A DNA stretch of 64,000 nt, from contig QPMI01000038.1 of NCBI GenBank assembly GCA_004431415.1, positions 186,001 to 250,000 on the forward strand. The letters run 5' to 3'. The notes under the pieces are model-generated. The model was not told where the DNA came from. It saw only the letters and a list, made by a program, of their open reading frames with translations, and made no database searches. The stretch is from Cyanophora paradoxa CCMP329 (Eukaryota > Plantae > Glaucophyta). Positions 1 through 12,891 of the stretch are shown piece by piece. A program made the position numbers and the translations under genes. Within the stretch, counting starts at the first letter, position 1. Each line of letters opens with the position of its first letter.

Positions 1-3000
1 CGTCGACGAAGGAGAAGACGGCGGGGGAGGAGCCCGGGCGGCCGGCGCCGCAGGTGAGGTTCAGGTAGGGCGTCCCTGGGGCCGGCGCGGTCCCGTTGGC
101 GCCCGATGAGCCCCGCACGACGACCGGCTCCGAGTAGACGAGCGTGAGGTACACGAGCTGGTTTGTGAAGGCGACCTGGGGCCGAGCGGACGGGCGTCGG
201 CGTCGGGCGGGGAATCGAAGCGGGGATCGCGGGGGCGCCGGGCACCGTCTGCGGCGTGTAGGAGCTGCCGGCGGCGAGCTGCGCGGCGGCGGCGTCGCGC
301 GGGTGCGCGCCGAAGGTGAAGAAGACGCGCAGGACGCTCGGGTCGTCCGCCTGGACCTGCGGGTCGCGATCGCTCAGACGGGCGGGGCGGCGCGATTCGC
401 GTGGGCGAGCGCGCCAGGAACTCGGGCGACTGAGGCTCGGGCAGGTCGACGACGACGGGCGCGTTGTCGAGCTCGGCCACGAGGCCCGTCGCGTTCTGCA
501 GGGCGAAGACGCGGAGCGCCCCGCGGGATCCGAGGCCGCACGAGTCGCCGCGGACGACGGACGCCGCGAACTGCGCGTAGTGGACGCGGGCCGGGAGGTA
601 CGTGGCCGTGTCGAGCTCCTCGCGGGACACGACCCGCGCGAACGTCGCGCGGTGCCTCACGGGGCCGCCGCCGTCGCTGCAGGTGTACTGGAAGGAGGGC
701 GGCGGCGAGCCCGGGAGGAGCTTGACGGGCTCGCGGAAGCGAAGCTCGAAGGTGAGCGGCTGCCCCGGCAGCGCGACCGGCACGGCCGAGGCGCCGCCCG
801 TCGTCGTGCCGTAGCCGGCCGCCGTGTTCCAAGTCGAACCCGGCGACGGCGCCGTCGCGTCGAACTGGCCCATGACGACGGCGCCGACCAGTCGGAGGCG
901 ACGAGGGCGTCGGGGGCGCCGTTGCGCATGCGGACGCCGGCGACGGCGGGCGGCGGGGCGGAGACGGCGAAGGCGAACTGGGCGCGGGCGTTGCCGCCGA
1001 TGACGGCCTCGGCCTGGCGCCCGTCGAGGACGGCGACGACGCGATCCGCGTTGGAGACGGTGCTGTTGACGAGCGAGATGGTCCACTTGTTGCAGTCGTC
1101 CCCGCGCGTCACGTTGTATCTGCCGGTCGGTCGGATCAGCTGGGCGAATTGGAGATACCGTCGGCTCTAGACACCTGAAGAGGAGGCCGCGGAGGGGCAG
1201 GCCGGCGTCCTGGGACGAGCAGTCCGCCCAGGGGCCCGTCATCCCGTCGCACTCCACTGCAGCGAAGCAGGCGACATCGATTAGGCGAAGCAGCACGGGA
1301 ACGGAGAAGCTGAAGAGGCGCGCACGGAACTCGGTGTCGGGAGCGTAGGGGGCCCCGTCGGGGGAGCCGAGGCAGGGGAGCGAGGGGGCGTTGCGGCACG
1401 GGTACACGACCTCGTAGAAGCGCGCGACGCGCGATGCGCCGCACGTGAAGGCGAACGAAGGGACTTCCGCGCCGGGAAGAACCTGTGGCGGGGCGTGAGC
1501 GGCGGCGCCAGCTCAGATCTGGAGAGAAGAGCGCGCGCGCGCCTTGACGGGCTCGCTGTAGGCGATGAAGACCTGGAGGACGCCGCCGGCGCCGAGCGCG
1601 CCGAACTGCACCTGCAGGCCGATGTTGTCCAGGTAGGTCGTCGTAGGCTTGACGGGCGACGCCGGGTCGATGCGCGCACGGAACCCGACGACTGCGCCGG
1701 CCCGGCCCGGCCCGAGCTCAGCAAGAGCGGGGGCGGCGCCGAGGGGCCGACGAGCTCGAGGGGGCGCACTGGTCGGGAGGGAGCGGATGACGGTGCTGTA
1801 CTCCATCGGCCGCCACGCATCGTTCATCGAGACGACGGCGGTTGAGGCCGGCGCGCTGTCGGCGTCGGCGACGATGGTGCCGACCAGCGGGCTCCCCGAC
1901 TCAAAGTTCCCATTGTCGCACGTGTCCCCGCGGGCCACCGTGTAGTGGAAGAGCAGCCCGGACGTCTGCAGCGCCGGGGAGACGTAGGACGCCGCGACGG
2001 GCGGGACGGTGGAGGGCTCCGCCCACGCCAGCTCCCGCCCGACGGAGGAGCCGACGCAGGGCTTCTCGGGCGTCGCCATGCACGGCTCGACCTTGCCCAC
2101 GAAGGCGAGCGGCCGCGTGCTCGCCCCGCACGTGTACATGAACGCCAGCGACGTCGTGTTGTGCACGGGCTCCGTGAACGCCGCAAAGACGAGAAACCGC
2201 GTGCCGAAGCGCGAGACGGGCTTGTAGCCTGCCGGCGGAGGGCGCCGTCAGCCGCCGGCGCTGCCGACTGCGGCCGCGGGCGGGGCGGGCGGGGCGCACC
2301 GTTCGAGCCGGTGCTGTCGAGCACGTATTCGGGGGCCGGGCTCGTTTCGGGGTCAACGGTAGACCGCACGGAGAGGAGGACGGGGCGCCCCGCGATCAGC
2401 TGCCGCGCCCGCGGGTTCAAAGTCGTTCTAGAGCGGGGCGGGAGGGCGGGCGGTGGCGGTACGGACCATCCGTGCGGGGAAGTTCGGCGGTGTTTTGCCG
2501 GAGAGAGAGAGGCCGTGGATGCTGGGGCTGCTCCGGTCGGCTGGCGGGTGCGTCGGCGCGGCGGCGCGGCGGCCTGGGCACAGGGGAATGGGCGGCGCGC
2601 GCGGAGCGTCGCACCAGTGTCAAAGATGCCTTCGAGTGCGCTGGTGGCGGCGGAGACGACGCAAGCCACGCCGCGCTCCACCGCGTAGACGAAGCTCACG
2701 ACGGGCGACCCGTAGACCTCGGTCGCCCGCGCCATGAGCTTCACCGGCTGCACGCGTCACGCGCGGCGTTGGTTAGACGCAGTCTGCATTCGTGGCGGCA
2801 TCGGCGGCGGTGGCCGCGAGACGAACCGTCGAGCCGCGCCTGCACGTGATGTTCAGAGCTGCGCGCCGGGTCGCCATCGGGTCGCCCCGCTGATGTGGGC
2901 GGGGCCGGGCGGGGCGGGGCGGGGCGGGGCGCACTGGGGCAGTCGCCGGAGCAGCCGGTGATGGTGACCGCCTCATCGAACGTGACCCTGCGAGGCGCGC

Positions 3001-3369
3001 GCGCCGCGTCGGCGCGGCCCCCACAGGCGCGGGCGGCGGGGGCGGGGGCGGGCCCCGGCCGGCGCACTCGATGGTGAACGAGTCGGTGCGCGCCGCCGTG
3101 CCCAGGTAGATGTCGTTGTCGGGGGCCGGAAAAGGAGGCACAAATGAAGTGCTGTCAACCTGCGCGTGTGCGCCGCCGTGTGTCATGATCATGAGCGCGC
3201 GCGGATCCCCCCCGGCCCGGACTCTAGATGATCTGAATTCGAAGCTGCTCACAGTGATGGCGGCGGCGCCAGTAGACAGGCTAATGACGATGCAGACGAG
3301 CAAGATAGCTGCCGGCGCTGAGGTCCGGGCGTTGCAGGCCCGCGCACGGGCCCAACGTTCTGGATGCAT
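1..3369 (-). CDS. Large secreted/surface protein with repeated Ig-like beta-sandwich units; multi-exon, continues beyond window start
   Basis: Signal-like N-terminus (AAILLVCIVISLSTGAAA|ITVSS). Repeated motif F/Y-x-EPV...F-x-Y/F-TC...L-F-x-Y-x-V-x-RGD-x-C (FTEPV..FMYTC..LLFHYTVARGDTC; YSEPV..FAFTC..LLFRYNVTRGDDC; FREPV..FQYTC..VVRGDSC; YSEPV..LTC). Exons joined at GT/GC..CAG introns. Confidence 0.7.
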
Positions 3370-3665
3370 CCGTGGCCGTGGTGCCAGAGCGCTATAGCTG
3401 TTGCACTTGAAAGCCTTAGCTATAACCACTCGACCGGCTAGAGAGCGCTGTGGCTGCTGTGCTGGCCAACCTGGCGGCGTCGCTTCGGACAGCCGGATCG
3501 CTGGGGCTGAGCTGTAGCTGAAAACAGGCCCTGATGAGGCTAAAGAGGCCGCTATATGCACGCCTCTGAGCCCCCCCTGCTGGCTGAACGCAGCGCCGAA
3601 CCGAGCACCGTTATGGAAAGCGAGCGCGTACCCCGGCTAGCGAGACTTGCTCTCCCTTCAGCCGG

Positions 3666-6600
3666 ATGGCGGGCTCAGCCGCGGGCAGGAGGAGCCCGAT
3701 CACGTTTCAGGGCCTTTCGGAAGAGCTGTCCGCCGACCGCGAGTCCAGCTTCGACATCTTCGAGCCAGGAGGTCCCGCGCGGCGAAGCACGTCGGTGCGC
3801 GGCCCCGGATTTCTACTCCAGGGGCCCGATGCGTGTGAGAAATGGTTACATCATCCGCCGCTTGTGCCCGCCTGCCGGGATAGCTAGAATCGCGGGATCC
3901 TCGACACGCTAGCTCCGGCGCGGGGGGGCTGACGCGTTCGCAGGCGGGCAACCGCGCGGCGGATCTCATCGACAAGCTGGCGGACGCGCTGCCGGGCTCG
4001 GATGAGCCCGAGTGGACTTCGCTGGATCCGCCCGGGCCGGGCAGCACGGGCTCGCGCACGCCGCGCGGCGGGGCGAGGCGGAGCAGTCCAACGGACTTCG
4101 GGACGTCCTCGGCGCAGAACGAGCGGCCGGATCGCCGCCCTCAGCTGCTCGTCCCCGTCGCCGGCATCGCGGGCCTCAGCCCCGCGAGCGGGGCCGGCAG
4201 CCCCTTCCCGCGCCCGGCCGCCGGCTCGCCGCGGGAGCGGACCCTCTGGAGCAGCGCGAGCCCGCGGCGGCGGAACTCGCTGCAGAGCTCGAGCCCCAGG
4301 CCGGGGGGGTACGAGGACGAGGCCTTCGAGGCCGACGAGGAGTTCGAGGACGAAGGGGAGGAGGGGGGGGACGAGGAGCACCGGCTCGAGGAGGATGAGG
4401 AGGGCGCCAGCGTCCCCGAGGAGGAGATCGAGGAGGAGGCGCACCCCTACCCCCCCGCGCCTTCCCCCTACCCCCCCACCTGATCCTCCCCCCTCCCGCC
4501 CCCTCAGGTGATCGACGTGAGGTCGCACGAGGAGGAGGAGTTCTACAGGCCGGAGCCGGCGGCTACGTCCCACGCCTCCCTCTCTGCATCCGCCTCCCTC
4601 TCCGTCCTCGACCCGGGAGAGGCCCCGCCGCCCGCCCCGGCGGCCGCGGCCGACGCGTCCGCGGCCTCGTCGTCGTCGGTTCCGGTGGGGGACTTCGTGC
4701 TGCGGGCGGCGCGGCCGGCGACGGCGGCGGCGCTCAACAGCTCCGCCCTCCTCGCCTCGCACCTGCGGCGCCAGTCTGCCGCCACCACCGCCGCCGACGA
4801 GGAGGAGGAGGCGGAAGACGACGAAGAGGAGGAGGACGAGGAGGCGGAGCAGAGCGGCGGCGGTGCGCGGCGCCGGCCGCCCCACGCAGCGATCCGGCGG
4901 CGCACACAGCTGACCCGCGCCGCGCAGCTGGGGGGTCCTTGGGCCCACCGGAGGCGCCGGCCGAGGCGAGCGGCGACGCCGACGAGGTCTCTCCCACCCT
5001 CCACCATTTCTTCGCCCCGCAAGCTCATGCTCACGCGCCGGCAGGACGAGTCGGTGGACGCGCTGGTGCGCGAGGTCGCCGCCGCGCAGCGCCGCCGCTC
5101 CGCCCAGCGCGCCGCCGCCTCCGCCGCCCGCGGCGACGAGGCGGTAGAGGCCGAGGAGGAGGAGGCCGAGGAGGCGAGGGCCGTGGTCCCCCGCGCGGCC
5201 GCCGGCGAGCGTGCGTCCTCTTCGACGCTCTTCAGCGATGCTGCGCTGGGTTCGCGGCGCTGACGCGGGCGGGCGGGCGCGGCAGTGCCGGCGGGGCGGG
5301 CGTCGCTCTCGCCGGGGCGGCTGGCGCCGCTGGCGGGGGGCGCCCCCCTGCCCTCCCCCGTGCTCGCCCGCCCCGGCGGCCTCGACGCCAGCCTCCTCAT
5401 CTCCCCGGACGACTCCGTCGAGGGTACGGCTCCGCCTTTCCCGACGAACGTTCCTCTGAGGAGCCGCTGAGCTGACCCCCGCAGTTCTGCTGAGAGAGCT
5501 GCGGCACAAGGGCCCCGCCGGCCCCCGCGCGCCGGGCGGGCCCGCCCAGGGCCTGGAAGAGCGGAACGAGGATGAGGAGGAGGAAGGGGACGAGGTCACC
5601 GAGCAGGTACGGGCGCCGAGCCTTCCTCCCGCCCGCCCGCCCCTTCTCGCCAGCCTCGAGTCGGATCAATCCGGCGCGCAGTGCGCTGGGATCCTGGCGT
5701 TCGCGCCCGCGGGGCCGGGCTCGGCCCCGCGCTCCTCCCCGCCCTCTTCGCCCGGCCGCGGCGGCGGCGACGACGACTCGGGCAGCGACGCTCCGGCGGC
5801 CCCGCCGGCCTTAGCGGGCGGCCTCCGGGCCCGGCCTCGGCCCGGGCCCCGGCCGCGTCGGGGCGGCCTGCTGCGGGGCGGGGGCGGCGGCGGCCGACGA
5901 GGAATTTGAAGTGGATGGGAGCGTCGACGAGGAGGCGGAGGAGGAGCATGCTGCGCCGCAGCGGGAGGCTGTGCCGCAGCAGCAGCAGCAGCAGCAGCGG
6001 GCGATACCGCCGCCCCGGAGCCGCAGCGACTGGGACGACGACGAGGACGAGGACGAGGGCGGCGCGGGCCGGCGGGGGTCGTCCGCCCCCGCCGACGAGG
6101 AGTACGACGACGAGATCGCGGAGCCGGAGGAGCCCGAGCCGGATCCCGAGCCCGAGGCGGGGCCGGGGCGGGAAGGGAGCGAGCGGGGCGGGCTGACCTC
6201 GGGCTCCGAGGCCGAGTGGGGCGCCCAGAGCGCCCAGGGCGAAGAGGAGGAGAGCGAGGGGGGCGTGCTGGACGCGGAGGACGCCGAGGAGCGGCTCCGC
6301 GAGGCCGAAGCGGAGGCGGACGCGGAGATCGAGGTCGCCGGCCGCGCCATCGAGGAGCAGCAGGAGCAGAGGGAGGCGGCCCGCCGCGCCGCGGAGGAGG
6401 CCGCGGGCGGCCCTCGGGGCGCGGCCCCGCGGCGGCGGTCGCTGCCGCGGCGGCTCGCGAGGAGGAGGAGGAGGAGGCGCCTGGAGGGAGGAGGAGTGGG
6501 GGGCACGGGGTCGGCGCCCGTGTCTCCCATGAAGAGCCCGCAGGCCGCCCGCGCCGACGAGGAGTTCGACGTCGAGGGCAGCGAGGAGGATGAGGCGGCG

Positions 6601-9600
6601 GCGGGACCCGGGAGGCCGGCGCCGGCGCACGGGCGGCGGGCGTCGGGCGGTCGACCGTTTCCGGCGGCTCGGGTCGAGGCCCCGCGGCGGCGGCCCTCGC
6701 GGCGCGCACAGCCCCGGCGGGCGGCGCCGGCTCGGATCCTGAACGAGAAGAGGAGGAAGAGGAGAGGGACGGGACGGGGTCGGCGCCCGTCTCGCCCACG
6801 AAGACCCCCAAGCGGCCCGCGCGGACGAGGAGTTCGATGTCGAGGGCAGCGAGGGGAGGAGGAGGCCGGGCGCGCCGCCGGTCCGGTGGCCTCCCAGCGG
6901 CGCTCCTCGGCCGCATCGGCCGCCTCGGGCGGCTCCGGGCGGGCCCAGCGGCGGCGGCCCGGGCCGCGCGGGCGGCCGAGCGGGAGGAGGAGGAAGAGGA
7001 AGAGGAGAGGGACGGGACGGGGTCGGCGCCCGTCTCGCCACGAAGACCCCCAAGCGGCCCGCGCCGACGAGGAGTTCGATGTCGAGGGCAGCGAGGGGAG
7101 GAGGAGGCCGGGCGCGCCGCCGGCCCGGTGGCCTCCCAGCGGCGCTCCTCGGCCGCATCGGCCGCCTCGGGCGGCTCCGGGCGGGGCCCAGCGGCGGCGG
7201 CCCGGGCCGCGCGGGCGGCCGAGCGGGAGGAGGAGGAAGAGGAAGAGGAGAGGGACGGGACGGGATCGGCGCCCGTCTCTCCGATGAAGAGCCCGCAGGC
7301 GGCCCGCGCCGACGAGGAATTCGAAGTGGAGGGAAGCGAGGAGGAGGAGGAGCGCGGGCCGGCCGCCGCCCCGGCGGCCTCCCAGCGGCGCTCCTCGGCC
7401 GCATCGGCCGCCTCGGGCGGCTCCGGGCGGGGCCCAGCGGCGGCGGCCCGGGCCGCGCGGGCGGCCGAGCGGAGAGGAGGAGGAGGAGGAGGAGAGGGAC
7501 GGGACGGGATCGGCGCCCGTCTCTCCGATGAAGAGCCCTCAAGCGGCCCGCGCCGACGAGGAATTCGAAGTGGAGGGGAGCAAAGAAGAGGAGACGGCGG
7601 TAGCCGGGCGGCCGGCGCACGGGCGGCGGGCGTCGGGCGGGTCGGCCGCTTCCGGCGACTCGGGGCGGGCCCCGCCGCCGCCGCCTCGCGGCGCGCTCGG
7701 CGGCGGCGGCGGAGGAGGAGGAGGAGGCGGAGGCGGCGGCGGAGGCGCGCCGGCCCCCGCGGGCCGGTGAGGACGAAGCCTTCGAGGTGGACGAGGAGGA
7801 GGACGAGGCGGAGGCGGAGGAGGCGCCGCGCTCGCCGGCGGCGGCGCCGGGGCGGTCGGTGCTGGAGGCCTCGGCCGACGAGGAGTTCCCCGTGGAGGGC
7901 AGCGGCAGCGAGGGCGAGGCGGCCGCGCCCGCCGCCCCCGTCCCGGCTTCCTCAGCCCGGCGCAGGCCGCGGCGCCCTCTGGCCTGCCCCGATTCGCGGG
8001 CGCAGCCGGCGTCTTCGTCGGTTGTGGAGGTGGCACTCCCGCCCCTGCGGGCGCCCAGGCGCCTGCCCCGGCGGCAGCGGCGGCGGCGGCGGCCCGAAGC
8101 CGGCGGCGGCGGGTACGAGGAAGAGGAGGCGGCGGAGCCGCTGAGCGAGGCCGAGGAGATCGAGGAGGAGGAAGAGGTGGGGGAGGCGGGGGACGAGCTG
8201 TACCGGAACGACTTCGACGACGACGACGAGGAGGAGGAGGCGGAGGCGGGGCGGCGGTGGTGGAGGCCGCGCGGGCGGCGCCCCGTCGCCGTCGCCCTCG
8301 CCCTCGCCCTCGCCCTCGCCGCCGGCGGCGGCGGCCGTGGCGCGCCCGCCCGAGCCCGAGCCCGAGGGCTCCGACGACGACGAGGAGGGCTCAGACGACG
8401 ACGAGGAGGTGGAGGACGAGGGCGTGGCGTCGCCAGCTGAGTCGGGCTCGGAGGAGGCCGGCGGCTCCCCGCGCGCGCGGGGCGGGGCGCGGCGGCCCGG
8501 CTCGGGCCCGCTGGACGGCAGCCTCGTGGCCGCCCGCGAGGCGCCACCCTCCGACGACGAAGACGAGGACGAGGGCGAGGAGGGAGCAGAGGCGCCGGTG
8601 CCGGTGCCGGCGTTTCCGGCGCCGCGGGCGCCCGAGGGCGCCGCTGGCGGTGGAGGTCCCCGGGACTCGAACCCTCCTCGAGGGCCCCGGCAGCTTCACG
8701 GGGACGCCCGAGTCCTCGGCTGCGCCCTCCCCGACCTCCTCGGCCGGCGCGGGCGCCGGGCGCCACCGGCGCGTCCCCTCCGCCTCCCAGCTCCTCGCCC
8801 TCCAGAAGTGAGCGATCCCCGTTTCGCTCCGCCTGTTTCGCCCGTCTGACCCGCGGCCGGCCGGCCGCGCAGGGCCGCCGCCGCCGCCGTCGCCTCGGAC
8901 CCCGCCGCGTGCGCGCCGGCCCGCCCCGCCCGCCTTCCCTCCCTCGGCCCTCTCTGAACCTACGCGGCGCAGGCGGAGCCCCTACGCGGCGAGCGACGGC
9001 CTCGACGAGTCCGTCTTCCTCGCCGGCCTCCCCGCCTCCGCCTCTGCCTCCGTCCCGGCCTCCCCCGCCTCCGCCTCGGCCTCGGCGTCGGGCACGCTCA
9101 GCGCGGGGCCTCCCCCGCGCCCCACCGCCCCCGCACTCGGCCCCGCGGCGCGGCTCGGGCGGCGGCTCGTCCGACGCCACCGCGAGCCACGCGCTCGCCG
9201 CCGCCGCCGTCGCCGACGCCATCCGCGGCTCCTCCACCTCCTCCGTGCGCCCCGCCGAGTTTCGCGAAGTTTCGCCCGCGCGGCTCACACTGGACCGCTC
9301 GCAGGTCGCGGCGCACGGGCTGATGCCGGCGCCCTCGGCTCGGGCGAGGTCACGCGCTCCGGGTACGAGGAGGAGGAGCGGGCGCGGGCCGCCTGCGCGA
9401 GGAGGCGGGGCCGCCATCGTCGCCCTCGTCGACTCGTTCGCGGCGGCCCGCGAGGCCCGCGCCGCCACGCCCCCGCCCGGCCCCTCGCCGCCCGCGCAGC
9501 CCGAGCCCGAGCACCGGCGCGGGCCGCGAGACCCGCACGAGTCGGGGCCGGCGCCGCGCGCCCCGTCCCCGGATCGCCCTTCCGTCACCGCCCCGCTGCC

Positions 9601-12112
9601 GCCTCGGCGCCCTCGCCCGCGGCGGCGGCGCCCGCGCCCGCGCCCTCGGCTCCGGCGGCGGCCCCGTCGCCTGCCTCCGCCACCGCCGCCCCCGCGCCGC
9701 TGCGGAGCCGGCGGTCCCTGCCGCAGCGGCTCCGCACGTCGCCGCCTCGGTCGCGGCCGCGCCTTCGGCTTCGGCGGCGCCCCCAGCGGCCGCGGCCCTC
9801 GCGGGCACTGCCACTTTGGCCTCGCCCCCAGCGGCCGCGCCCCAAGCGGCGGCCCTGGCAGGAACTACTGCTTCGGCCGCGGCCGCCCCTTTGGCTTCGG
9901 CGGCGCCCCTCGCGCCCTCGTCCGGAGGCGGCGGCGCGGCGGCGGCGGCGCCCCGCGCGCCCCGCCGAGCCCCGAGCAGCGGCCCCCGTCGCCCCGTCGC
10001 CCCCGGCGGCAGCGGCGGCGGCGGGCAGCCCCGGGCAGCACCCTGCGGCCGCCAAGCCGGCGTCCCTCCGAGCTCGAGGGCCGCCGCCGCCGGCTCACCC
10101 TCGTCCAAGCGGCGGCCGGACTCGCCGGGGTGCCCCCACCGCCGCCGCCGCCCCTCCGCCTCCTCCTCGCTGCCCCGCCCCACTCGTGCGACCTCGGGCA
10201 CGGGCACGGCCGCCGGACGCCGCCCTCCCCGCGTCCCCTGCCGGGCGATGCGGCCGGCCGCCTCGTCGCTGTCCCGGCCCGCCGCCCCGCCTACCAGCCC
10301 CCGCCCCCGTCCACCTCGGCGCCTACGGGGCCGGCGGCGGCGGCGCCTCCCGCCCCCTCGCCCCGCCCTCCACGGGCCCCTCGTCTTCCGGCGCCCGCGA
10401 CGGGCCCTTCGCTACGCCGCCGCGGGGAGCCGCTGGCGCCGCCGGACAGCTCTCCTCGGGGGGTACCCCCCTCCACCAGAGCCACTGCGACTCCCCCGGG
10501 GTGGCCCTCGCCGGTACCCCCCGCTCCCCCGGCGTGCCCGCCGCCCTCTCCGGTACCCCCCTCCGCAACCCGTTCCTCACCGACCCGCACGCCGTGCCGC
10601 CGTACCCCCGCGGCGGCGGCGCCCCTCGCCCGCTCGGAGTCGTCCCCGTCTCCGCCCTCCACGCCCCCGTCCTCGGACGAAGCGGCGGCGGCGGCGGCGG
10701 CGGCGGGGCGGGCGGGCCCCGGGCTTGGCCCCTCGCGGGCCGAGCGACTCGAGGCCGGCGCGGCTGCGATCATCGGGCGGGGCCGCGGCCGCCCCGGCCG
10801 TTCCGAGCGCGACGACGAGCCGCAGCCGCCGCAGCCGCAGCAGGGGCGGCGGCGGCCCACGACCGCTACGGCCAGGCGCGCCCCGCTTCGTCCTCCTCCC
10901 GATCCCGATCCCCGCCCCGCCGCTCGGCCCTCGCCCACGGCCGCCCCGCCTCCTCCTCCGCATCCCGCTCGCCCCCGCGCCGGGACCGTCCCCGGCGCCC
11001 GCCCCTCTCCCGCTCGGGCTCCCGCTCCCCGCCCCGCGCCTCGGGCCCGGGCTCGGGCCCGGGCCCCCGCCGGCGCGCCTCGCGCTCGCCGCCCCCCCGC
11101 TCCTCCTCCTCCTCGGCGTCGCCCCAAAGGGAGCCGTACCCGGCCGTGCCCCGCCGCTCCACCCCCTCGCCGACGCGCCTGCGGGCCACCGACTTTGCCG
11201 CCGCCTCCGCCAGCCAGCAGGCCGCCTTCCGGGTAGGCGTACCCCTCTCACCTCCCCCCCCCCCTTCCCTCGCTGATCCCCGGGGGCGCAGGCGGCGGCA
11301 GCGCAGCGGCAGGCCGCCCTCGCCGCGCAGCGCGAGCTCTCCGCCCGCCTCCTCGCCGTGCGATGCCCAGTACCCTTCCAGGGAAACTTCTCCTTTCTGA
11401 CCGCGCGGCTCGCAGGCGTCCGCGCGGGGCCGCGGGGAGCCCGGGGCGGGGCGGGTGGCCGCGGGGCGAGGCCCCGGACGGCCGGCGGTCTCTCCGCCGA
11501 GCAGCGGGTGCGCCCCACCCCCTTTCTCTTCCTCCCGCGCTCGCGCCCACGCCCCAGCGCAGGACGCCGTCTCTGCCATCCGGCGCGCCGCGGCCGCCGC
11601 GGAGCGCCCGGCCGCCCCGCGCGCCCCGCCCAGCGCCAGCGCCGGCCCACGCCGCCGGAGGGCCCCCGCCCGAGTTCGTGCCTCTGGCGGAGGGTGACTT
11701 GGCGCTGGTGCTGCGCGCCCTCTGCGGCCCGCGGGAAGCGGGGGCGGGGGCGGGCCCCCGAGCCCCGCCCTCGCCCGCCGCTTCCAGTCCGAGGCGGCCC
11801 TCATCCTCCGCTCCGCCGCCACCGCCGACCCGTGCGCCCTTTCGATCGCGTACCCCAGAACAGAGCCCGACGTGTCACGCGCGCAGGGGCCCGCCGCCGG
11901 TGGTGCGGCTGGAGGACGTGCTCGCGCAGCTGGCGGCGCGCCTCCCGGCCGGGCCCTCGCCCTCCGAGGGCCTGGGCCCCGCCTGCGGGGGCGGGCCCGG
12001 CTCGCACTCGCATGCGGGGGGCGCCCAGTGCCCCTGGTGCGCCCGCGACCCCGCCCTCCTCGAGTCGCTCCTCTCCCCCGCCGCCGCGGGGCGCGCCGAG
12101 GGCCTCGCCTAG
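3666..12112 (+). CDS. Very large low-complexity acidic/Pro-Ser-Arg-rich protein with internal ~81-aa repeats (may be two genes; several apparent frameshifts)
   Basis: Spliceable exons (MAGSAAGRRSPITFQGLSEEL..; AGNRAADLIDKLADALPG..; RKLMLTRRQDESVDALVREV..; terminal ..QCPWCARDPALLESLLSP..GLA*). Introns with CTGAC..GCAG ends. No recognisable catalytic domain. Confidence 0.5.
6480..7620 (+). repeat. Coding tandem repeat, ~243-bp unit, about 4-5 copies
   Basis: GACGAGGA(G/A)TTCGA..GT.GAGGG recurs near 6555, 6825, 7066, 7311 and 7555. Unit encodes ERDGTGSAPVSPMKSPQAARADEEFEVEGSEEE..AASQRRSSAASAASGGSGRGP. Confidence 0.9.
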
Positions 12113-12891
12113 CCGCCGGGGCTCTGAGATTTATGAGGCGTGCTACGGTACTTCTACAGCTAGATTGTCACAGAGTGGATGACGTCGACATGTACAATCA
12201 TTGAATTTGCATGTTGCGATCTTGAGCTTGATCATAATCGATATCATGATCATGATCATGCACCACTATTCGCGATCGCACCCCGCGCGCGCTGCGGCAG
12301 CGCCATCACGGCATTAATTCCCAGCCGGCGTTCACGGCGTATGCCAGGCCCCGCCCATGCACATGATCATGAATATTTATATAATTAATTCGAACCACTA
12401 TTCGCATGCACCGCTATTCGCACGCCGCACTGCGGCAGCGCCAGTAATTCCCAGCCTGGCTCGGCCTCCGCAGCAGGCCTGCGACCCGATCCCCGGGGCC
12501 CAGTGTCTAGAATCACTCTTGATCATGAGGCCTAGGCGAGCCACGGCCGGAGACTCTGAGATGTCGACCAGCGGCGGCCAGAATCGCAGGCAGGGTATCA
12601 TAGTATCGATCCACAATAACGCTGTGCCTTAATGATAATACGATGATCATGACTGAAATCCTACCAAGGAAACTGAAAACACACACGAGACTTCTGGATC
12701 TCGTGTCACTGACTCGGTGATCATGAGTCGACGGCGTTGGCATGCACGGGACGCATGCGGATCGCAGGCCCGACGGGCGGGGCCTCGCTGGCCAAAAAAA
12801 AGGAATGGAGGAGGAGAGGAAAGGGAAGGGCAGGGGAGGAGAAGGTCCGGAGCAAAGGGACCGCGCCGGCCGCCGCCGCCGGCCGGGCCGA

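Noticed and set aside
6480-7620. CRISPR-like regular repeats
   Set aside because: Whole 243-bp units are repeated with no unique spacers, inside a coding region, with no cas genes in a eukaryotic context.
5596-9588. 1330-aa minus-strand ORF and many other long Arg/Pro/Gly/Ala-rich ORFs
   Set aside because: Stop-poor shadow frames of very GC-rich coding DNA; composition mirrors the opposite-strand gene.
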